From assembly GCA_964645935.1 (NCBI GenBank), contig CAZYAK010000003.1, forward strand, positions 1-57,899: DNA of 57,899 nt. The letters run 5' to 3'. Shown piece by piece: positions 51,676 through 57,899 of this stretch (positions within the stretch are counted from its first letter, which is position 1; each line of letters begins with the position of its first letter). The position numbers and the translations under genes are program-made. The notes under the pieces are model-generated. The model did no database searches and was not told where the DNA came from. It worked only from the letters and a program-made list of their open reading frames with translations. The stretch comes from an uncultured Candidatus Peribacteria bacterium (GTDB taxonomy: Bacteria; Patescibacteriota; Gracilibacteria; Peribacterales; Peribacteraceae).

Positions 51676-52518
51676 ATGATTTCTTCCCGCAGGAAGACCT
51701 GGGGTCTGGTCCTCTCCGGCGGCAACGCGTACGGCATCGCCAACGCCGGCGTCATCGCGGTGCTGGAGCGCGAGGGCTTTCGCCCGGACTACGTGGCAGG
51801 CAGCAGCATGGGCGCCATCATCGGGGCGCTGTACGCGCTGGGGCACGGGCCGGAGACGCTCAAGCGCCTCTGCGACGACCTCCGCCTCACCAACGTGGCG
51901 GCCGTCCACTGGCCATGGCGCGAGGGCATGTTGCGTCAACGCCTGGAGGAGCACCTGCAGGAGCTCGTGGGCGACAAGCGCATCGGCGACTGCGCCATCC
52001 CCTTTCTCTGCGTGGCGGGGCGCGTGCGCGACCGCGTGAAGTGGCTCAAGATGCTGCGTCCCGGCTTCGCCGCGCACATGCGCTCCTGCGTGGAGCCGTA
52101 CGTGTTCCCGCCGGAGACCCGTATCCTGGACGCCCTGCGCGCCTCCAGTGCGGTGCCGCTGCTCTTCCGCCCCGCCACGGTGGGGCAAGACACGTTCGTG
52201 GACCTCCTGAGCTTCGGGTCCATGCCGGTGCAGGAGCTGCGCGACGCGTTCCATCCGGACGCGGTCATCGCCACGGACACCAACGAGCGCTGGAGCGCGA
52301 TCCTGCGCCTGGCTCCCGTGGGCTGGCAGGAGGCGCTGCGCGAGGGGCACGCGCAGATCGCCAAGAGCCGCGCCGCGAGCGACCTCGTGCTGGATCCCGT
52401 GCTCCGTGGCAGCCCCTTCCGCTACGACCGCGCAAGGCGCTTCTACACCGCCGGCGAAGCGGCGGCCGAGCAGGCGCTTCCCGCGATCCGTGCGCTGTTT
52501 AGCGGGGATTGTTCCTGA
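51676..52518 (+). CDS. patatin-like phospholipase
   Basis: Oxyanion GGNAYG and nucleophile elbow GSSMG. 280 aa. Confidence 0.85.
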   Translation: MISSRRKTWGLVLSGGNAYGIANAGVIAVLEREGFRPDYVAGSSMGAIIGALYALGHGPETLKRLCDDLRLTNVAAVHWPWREGMLRQRLEEHLQELVGDKRIGDCAIPFLCVAGRVRDRVKWLKMLRPGFAAHMRSCVEPYVFPPETRILDALRASSAVPLLFRPATVGQDTFVDLLSFGSMPVQELRDAFHPDAVIATDTNERWSAILRLAPVGWQEALREGHAQIAKSRAASDLVLDPVLRGSPFRYDRARRFYTAGEAAAEQALPAIRALFSGDCS

Positions 52519-55024
52519 AGGTCACGGCCATACCGTCCCATGCGACCGTGAAACCCTGTCCCGCGAGGGTCGTGGTGGCACCGGGATCCTCATTGAGGCC
52601 TTGCAGCAGCGTGTCGGCATCGTCGCCCACGGCGGCGAGAATCGGGGCGAGCGTGTCGGCTGCGGTTTTGCGACCCTCCTCGGTGTACGACGCACAGAGC
52701 CGGCGTAGTGCCAGGTGCATTTGGTGATTCCGTTCGAGATGGCGGGCGCGGGCGCGGGCGTAATTGCTGGTGAGCGGGCGCCAGAACGCTTCACCCCCCG
52801 AATAGCGCAGGACCATGACGGTGTCCGCTTCGCCGAGGATGCGGCGCTCCAGGCGCTCGCCGTCACCAAGGCGGTACTCGAACATCACAGGCACAGGATT
52901 TTCGCCATCGGCCAATCCTGCCGTCCACGCGTGGGGCGATTCCGCACGCATCATGACGTCCCGATAGAACGTGCGCCACCTGCCCACGGGGATGGATGCG
53001 GCTGTCTCGTTGCGCAGAGCGACGAGCAGACGCACCTCCAGCTGAGAGATTTGGTTCTCGAGTGCCGTAAACCCGGGCCCGGACGTGACCCCAGACACGC
53101 GCATCTCCACCTGGCGGTTGCGCAGGCGGCTGATCTGCAACCTCAGGAAGCCAGACTGCGTGTTGACGAGCTCCGCTGGTGTAAACCCGAATCCCGCCTC
53201 CTGCTCGGCAGCGCCGCGGGCCAGCGCCGCAGTAGTGGCTGTCGCGGCGGCGTCGGTCATCACGGTCCGCACGGGGCGGGGCGGCAGGACCGACGCGCCG
53301 TTCAGGCGCAGGTCGCGGAGATCCGAGGTGGCGGAGATCCGCACGCGCTCCGGGCCGGAGCCGGAGTAGTCGGGCCGTTGGATGACAAAGCGGTACGCGG
53401 GCTTGCCAGCGACGGTGGCCACGCGGACGCCGTAGTAGGCACTCGTGTTGCACACCAGGGCCTGGGGTTCGCCATCCAGGAACACCTGCAGATGCTCTGC
53501 GGAGCCGCGCGGGACGCGCAGCTCGTACTGATAGTGGTAATGGGTTTCACCCACACCTTCTACCTCGCCGCCCACGGCGCGTAGGCCGTAAGGGTTGGCT
53601 GCTCCGGCGCGCTCGGCAAGCACACGATCCTCAGCGGCTTTGAGAGCGGCCAGGAGGTCTTGGAACTCCTTCTTCTCCTCCTCCAGGAGACCGTCGCGCG
53701 TATAGAGCGCGAGGAGCGCGTCCAGGCGGGAAAGCTGTGCCGGCGTGGCGGCGTCGGGGTACTCGGTGCGGAAGCGCGTCACCAGGGCGCGTGCGGAAGC
53801 CACCGTGGTGCGGCGCTCCGCGGCGGAAACCCCATGGGTGGGATCGGCAGCTTGCTGGTCGGTGAGGATGCCCTGCAGCTTGGCACGCAGCGCCGTCAGC
53901 TGGGTCTCGAAGGGCGCGGTGTCGTCACCCGAGTCTGCGGAGATGCGCTGCTGTGTGTACTCGATGCGACGGATGAGCAGGTCCACGAGTGTCTCGCGGT
54001 GCTGATCCACTTCGCGGTCTAGTGCGGTACGGGCCGTCGAGCCGGGAGTAAGCATGCGCGCCTGGTCCAGCAGGAAGACGACGCGCCGCTCACGGGCGGC
54101 GATGGCGCGGTCCAACAGGGCGTGCAGGCGCTCCCGGGCGGCGGTGATATCCCGGTGGAAGTTGGGCGCGGTCGTGCCCGCGGCCTGGATGCGGCGGATG
54201 TCCTCGTGGATTCCGAGCTCCTCCTTGCGGAGGGCCTCAAGGTCACGGTCGAAGTCGCCGCTGCGGTCGGACGCGACGCGCTCGCGCTCGGCGCGGTGCA
54301 TCACATCGATGACGGCGCTCTTGTTGCTCTGCAACACCGTAAACGTGCCATCGAACGATTCGTCGGCGTCGAGGATGATATACGGGCGGCCGCCATTGGT
54401 GACGCGCTGCATGTGCACAAGTCCGGAGATGCGCGAACCGGTGGTGTTGGCGGAGAAATTCATCGTGCCCACCAGCATCGACGGGCGGTCCGTGAGGCGG
54501 GGGCTGCGGATGTAGGCCAGTGAGAAGGCGGTGCCGTCGTCGGGGATCCAGTAGCGACGCGTGCCGTCGTTGCGATCCTCGGGCTCCACGGTGAGCGCTT
54601 CCTGGGTGCCCAGGCGCTGGTTCTGCTCCACCTGGAACCCGGCATAGCTCACGAGGTGGTCGATCTCCCGGAGGATCTCCTGACGCTCCTCCTCAAACTT
54701 CGCACGCGACTCGAAGGTGCGCGTGCGGATGCCCTCCAGACGGGCACGGATGGACTCGCGCTGGCGTTCGATGGCCTGTCCACGGGGGCTGGAGAGCCGG
54801 GCGTTGTCCTCCACGCGTCCGCCGTTCTGAGTGGCAAAGGTGACGCCCTTGTCCCGCTCCACCTGTCGGATCATGCGCTGGAAGCGTGTGTCGAGCTCCG
54901 TCACGTCCTTTTCCAGGCGCTCCCGGTCACCGGAGGATTGCGTCCAAGGTTCGGGCACCACATCCCCAAGGTGCACGAGCCGTCGCTCCCGCAGGTCTGC
55001 CGATCGGAACGCGGGCTTACGCAT
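52499..55024 (-). CDS. large hypothetical protein (841 aa)
   Basis: Long ORF with real-protein composition, an Arg/Glu-rich helical N-half and a beta-rich C-half. No recognised motif. Confidence 0.7.
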   Translation of the reverse strand: MRKPAFRSADLRERRLVHLGDVVPEPWTQSSGDRERLEKDVTELDTRFQRMIRQVERDKGVTFATQNGGRVEDNARLSSPRGQAIERQRESIRARLEGIRTRTFESRAKFEEERQEILREIDHLVSYAGFQVEQNQRLGTQEALTVEPEDRNDGTRRYWIPDDGTAFSLAYIRSPRLTDRPSMLVGTMNFSANTTGSRISGLVHMQRVTNGGRPYIILDADESFDGTFTVLQSNKSAVIDVMHRAERERVASDRSGDFDRDLEALRKEELGIHEDIRRIQAAGTTAPNFHRDITAARERLHALLDRAIAARERRVVFLLDQARMLTPGSTARTALDREVDQHRETLVDLLIRRIEYTQQRISADSGDDTAPFETQLTALRAKLQGILTDQQAADPTHGVSAAERRTTVASARALVTRFRTEYPDAATPAQLSRLDALLALYTRDGLLEEEKKEFQDLLAALKAAEDRVLAERAGAANPYGLRAVGGEVEGVGETHYHYQYELRVPRGSAEHLQVFLDGEPQALVCNTSAYYGVRVATVAGKPAYRFVIQRPDYSGSGPERVRISATSDLRDLRLNGASVLPPRPVRTVMTDAAATATTAALARGAAEQEAGFGFTPAELVNTQSGFLRLQISRLRNRQVEMRVSGVTSGPGFTALENQISQLEVRLLVALRNETAASIPVGRWRTFYRDVMMRAESPHAWTAGLADGENPVPVMFEYRLGDGERLERRILGEADTVMVLRYSGGEAFWRPLTSNYARARARHLERNHQMHLALRRLCASYTEEGRKTAADTLAPILAAVGDDADTLLQGLNEDPGATTTLAGQGFTVAWDGMAVTFRNNPR

Positions 55025-55391
55025 GGGGGTCCAGTCCGATGGCGGGGAAGTCGTGCTCGGCCACCTGCGTGAGCATGGCGCCGGCGCGGGTCACCAGGCC
55101 TTCCTGGTGTTCGGTATTGCGGAGCAACGCGGTATTGAGCGTCTCCAGGTGCTGGGCGATGGCCTTGCGCTGATCATCGGTGAGACCGTCGGCAAGACCC
55201 TCCAGCTCCGCGCGGCGACCAGCCGGGACGGCCGTGAGGGTCTTGAGGAACGCGAGGAAGGCGGATGCGGACATTCCGGCCAGTATACCAAAAAAAGACC
55301 ATTTCCGCAATTCCCCCCACGGCAAACCCCCTTCTCTAGGAGGAGAGGGTGCCGCTGCCTCGGAAGAGACAGCGAGAGCTGTGGAGGTCAT
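55017..55391 (-). CDS. hypothetical protein (124 aa) with one TM segment
   Basis: Overlaps the downstream gene by 8 nt and the upstream gene by 4 nt (translational coupling). Confidence 0.6.
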   Translation of the reverse strand: MTSTALAVSSEAAAPSPPREGGLPWGELRKWSFFGILAGMSASAFLAFLKTLTAVPAGRRAELEGLADGLTDDQRKAIAQHLETLNTALLRNTEHQEGLVTRAGAMLTQVAEHDFPAIGLDPHA

Positions 55392-55909
55392 CGCAGATAG
55401 AACCGGACCCGCCCCGCACAGCTCGTGTATTCCAGACGCGTGTACGTGACCCCGAGATGCGTGTAGCTCGAGGGGTACCTGTACGTCAGCGGGCTATAAC
55501 AGCACGGCTGGAAGTGCACCTCGATGTACGGATTCGGCGGCGGCGTCATACCGCTGTGACTGCTGGGAGGGGTAGTCCCCTTCTCGACCGCGGCGACGCG
55601 GCCTTCCAGATTGTTGACTGCGGTTTTGACGGTGCCGAGATCCGTCTTGAGCCCTTCGATCGCGAGGAGGGCGTCGTCTGCCTTCTTCTCGGCGGACTTG
55701 GCCTTGAGCGCTGCCGCGTCAGCGACGGTCTTAGCGGTGGCCGCATCGTTGATTGCCTTCTGGGCTTTGTCCTCGATCTCCTTGAGGCGTTCGTCCAGGG
55801 TCTTGGGTTGCGGGACGATATCGTCCCCGGCCCGGGTGTTGCTGGTGGCGCCCGCGAGGGCGAGGATGGCGACGATGAGGCCCGTCGCGGCCGTGGTGCG
55901 AAAGCTCAT
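55388..55909 (-). CDS. secreted alanine-rich coiled-coil protein with Cys/Tyr-rich C-terminus
   Basis: Signal peptide, an Lpp-like heptad region (KAINDAATAKTVADAAALKAKSAEKKADDALLAIEGLK), and AGGAGA 6 nt upstream of the ATG. Confidence 0.7.
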   Translation of the reverse strand: MSFRTTAATGLIVAILALAGATSNTRAGDDIVPQPKTLDERLKEIEDKAQKAINDAATAKTVADAAALKAKSAEKKADDALLAIEGLKTDLGTVKTAVNNLEGRVAAVEKGTTPPSSHSGMTPPPNPYIEVHFQPCCYSPLTYRYPSSYTHLGVTYTRLEYTSCAGRVRFYLR

Positions 55910-56066
55910 GGCTTTCTCCTGGGTGGAGGACAGGCGCGAGCCCGTCCAGTGGTGGTTGTGCCGGGTTCGTGATCTTCATTGACCTTCCCCACAGCCTTCT
56001 GCCCGCGGGTCGCGTGCGCGCAGGAGGGTGTGGGGAACCGGCGGAGACAAGGAGCCGCGTAGGCGT

Positions 56067-56095
56067 AGTATTAGTCTTTTATACTACAATGTCAA
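56067..56095 (-). promoter_or_regulatory. candidate sigma-70 promoter (TTGACA-17 nt-AATACT) for the 55909 operon
   Basis: Minus-strand TTGACA at 56095..56090, within an AT-rich island. Confidence 0.4.
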
Positions 56096-56210
56096 TATGT
56101 CGATAACTGAATTTTCCTCTTCCTAAAGCCAAAATTCACGCAAAGCAGGGCCCCGGTCACGTGACCAGGGCCCTAGCGATGGCTGCCTTCCTTGTCAGCC
56201 GGAGACTGCG

Positions 56211-57899
56211 TTACTTCTTCGTGCTGAACTCCGCGGGGACCACGCGGAGGATCAGGTCATCGCCGTCGATGACCGCATACGCACCCGTGGCGGGGTGATA
56301 CGCGCGGTTGGTCGCGGTGACCTTCAGCTCGGCGTTGAGCTTGGCGTCGGCGGGGGCCAACGTCTGCATCGGAAGCTTCTTCGCTTCGATGCTAATGCCT
56401 CGTTCCGCCACAACCAGGTCCATGATGTCGTGCTTGCGCACGCCCTTGGTGGCGGGGGCGTCGCCCGCCCCGATGCGCCACAAGGCGAACTCGGTCCCGA
56501 CCGCCGCTCCGACGGATTTCTCCGTCATCACGACCGCCGTCACCTTGCCCTTCAACCCCTTGTACTCGGTCGGCGCGCCACCGCCCATCGAGTACACGAG
56601 GATCTTGCCCGTGTCCGTGCCGAGGACCACCGACTTGCCGTCCTCGCTCAGCTTCATCTGCGTGACACCCTTCTCGACCTTGACGGTCGTGACGGGCGAA
56701 AGCTTCTTCAGCTTCGCGACGAGGGGGTCTTCGTCCTTCAGCAGCGGGACCACGTCCTTGGCTTTCACGAGCGCTTCGTCGCGCTCGCGTTCCGCCTTGG
56801 CCAGGGCGGTTTTCAGGTCCTGGACGTCCTTGGCCTTAGGGGCCTCGTCCAGAGCCTTCTGCACGCGGGCGGCTTCGGCCTTGGCGTCGTCGAGGTCTTT
56901 CTGCTTGGGGGCTTCATCCAGTTGCCCTTTCAGTTTCTTGGCCTCGGCGAGAGCGTCCGCCAGCTCCTTGGCCTTCGGCGTCTTCTCCAGCGCCTTCTCC
57001 AGACGCGCGACTTCCGCTACGGCTTTGTCGAGGTCAGCCTTCTTAGGGGCCTTCTCGAGTTCGGCTTTGACGTCGTCACGCTCCTGGGTCCGGGTGGCCA
57101 GAGCGTCCACCGCGTCCGACAGCATCTTCGCCGTCGGTCGCTTGGCCAATTCGCCGTTTTCCGCCTTCAGGCCCGCGACCTCTTCGTCACGGGTCTTCAG
57201 GAGGGCCACCTTGGCTTCCAAATCGCGCGCCAGCTTGCCCTTCTCCTCGGACAGCTCGGCGAGCTTCTTGGTCACTTCGGTGAGCTTCTCCGCGTCGCCC
57301 TGCGGTTCGGGGATGACGTCGGCTTTGACCGGCTCCGTCTTGCTGGTGAGGTAGCGGTAGGCCGGGGGCCCACCGAACACCGTCGCCAGCAGGAGCGCCA
57401 GGCCGGTCACGCCGACGATCACGACCCCGTAGCCGCGCTTCTTGGCGGGGGGGCTGAGCAGGTCGTCGGCCGCGTTGCCGTCGTCGTTGCCGGTCTTCTT
57501 GGAGGACAGGTCTTCTTCGACCTCTTCCTCTTCGTCGTCTTCGATCTCCTCCTCCACGTAGTCGGGCGACTCCGGGCACTTCTCGTTGTGGCAAACCCCG
57601 TCCTGGTTGAGGAAGGGCTTGTCGCACTCGAGGCAGAGCGTCGGACGGGGCAGGGGCCGGCTGATCGGGCCGCTGTCCTCATCGCTGGGCAGGGGCAGCT
57701 GAAATTCGGGGCTGCTGTCTGCGGCGAAGTCGGGGGACTTGTCGCACTTCACGTTCCGGCAGACGCCGGACGTGACGGGCTGGCCGCACTCCACGCAGAG
57801 CTTGGTGCGAGACAAGGACGTCCCGCTGTCCTCGATATCCGCGAGGAAATCGTCCAGGGCATCCTGCCCGCTCGAATCGTCCTCGTCGTCATCCTCGTC
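56211..57899 (-). CDS. double zinc-ribbon / TM / coiled-coil / beta-propeller-like protein (5' end probably beyond the window)
   Basis: CVECGQ...CRNVKC and CLECDK...CHNEKC ribbons, an acidic linker, the TM segment VVIVGVTGLALLLATVF, four ~23-aa repeats, and a beta-rich C-terminus. The frame stays open to the window edge. Confidence 0.7.
   Translation of the reverse strand, partial: DEDDDEDDSSGQDALDDFLADIEDSGTSLSRTKLCVECGQPVTSGVCRNVKCDKSPDFAADSSPEFQLPLPSDEDSGPISRPLPRPTLCLECDKPFLNQDGVCHNEKCPESPDYVEEEIEDDEEEEVEEDLSSKKTGNDDGNAADDLLSPPAKKRGYGVVIVGVTGLALLLATVFGGPPAYRYLTSKTEPVKADVIPEPQGDAEKLTEVTKKLAELSEEKGKLARDLEAKVALLKTRDEEVAGLKAENGELAKRPTAKMLSDAVDALATRTQERDDVKAELEKAPKKADLDKAVAEVARLEKALEKTPKAKELADALAEAKKLKGQLDEAPKQKDLDDAKAEAARVQKALDEAPKAKDVQDLKTALAKAERERDEALVKAKDVVPLLKDEDPLVAKLKKLSPVTTVKVEKGVTQMKLSEDGKSVVLGTDTGKILVYSMGGGAPTEYKGLKGKVTAVVMTEKSVGAAVGTEFALWRIGAGDAPATKGVRKHDIMDLVVAERGISIEAKKLPMQTLAPADAKLNAELKVTATNRAYHPATGAYAVIDGDDLILRVVPAEFSTKK

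Noticed and set aside
1-57899. Alternative genetic code (UGA recoding, as in some candidate phyla)
   Set aside because: All conserved genes (thyA, glnA, guaA, gatB, korAB and others) are full length and uninterrupted under the standard code, and they stop where homologues stop.

Overview
57.9-kb, roughly 65-67% GC bacterial chromosomal segment, read in the standard genetic code and densely coding on both strands. All functional calls come from reading the ORF translations and the nucleotides by eye. No database or HMM search was run.

The backbone is housekeeping and anaerobic central metabolism:
- Core genes: thyA, folA, glnA-amt, nth, a DnaQ-like exonuclease, def, gatB, efp, guaA, gpmA and trmD.
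- Energy metabolism: a translationally coupled flavodoxin/2-oxoacid:ferredoxin oxidoreductase operon and an ADP-forming acetyl-CoA synthetase.
- Envelope glycosylation: a WecB-like epimerase, a TagA-like glycosyltransferase, an O-antigen-ligase-like protein and a GT2.
- Surface and regulation: two SLH-domain surface proteins, three ECF-type sigma factors plus one truncated mini-sigma, and many hypothetical genes.

The gene mix (OFOR/ACD fermentation, a TrmB regulator, a FecR/DUF5667-like anti-sigma, a free-standing four-helix-bundle gene) loosely resembles Patescibacteria/CPR-like or other anaerobes. Taxonomy cannot be established from this window.

The most unusual content is non-coding:
1. 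An 86-bp perfect duplication of the guaA 3' end brackets a 575-bp ORF-less, hairpin-rich insert, giving att-like junctions.
2. A mosaic family of structured repeat modules recurs at 31-392, 27435-28391 and 36594-36873.
3. Two near-identical structured 5' leaders and identical terminator hairpins frame two unrelated small genes (40127-41651). These are riboswitch or cassette candidates.
4. About 114-nt palindromic elements occur at 23401 and 48036.

Protein-level oddities:
- Three adjacent acidic proteins all end in AMAA.
- Tandem ECF sigma paralogues carry an insertion in the region-4 HTH and are followed by a 125-aa mini-sigma.
- EF-P has Gln at the loop tip that is normally Lys or Arg.
- A DsbA-like lipoprotein has SxxS in place of CxxC.
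- Many start codons are preceded by C-rich CCCCATCC-type tracts instead of Shine-Dalgarno sequences.

No rRNA gene, tRNA gene, CRISPR array, transposase or integrase was found.
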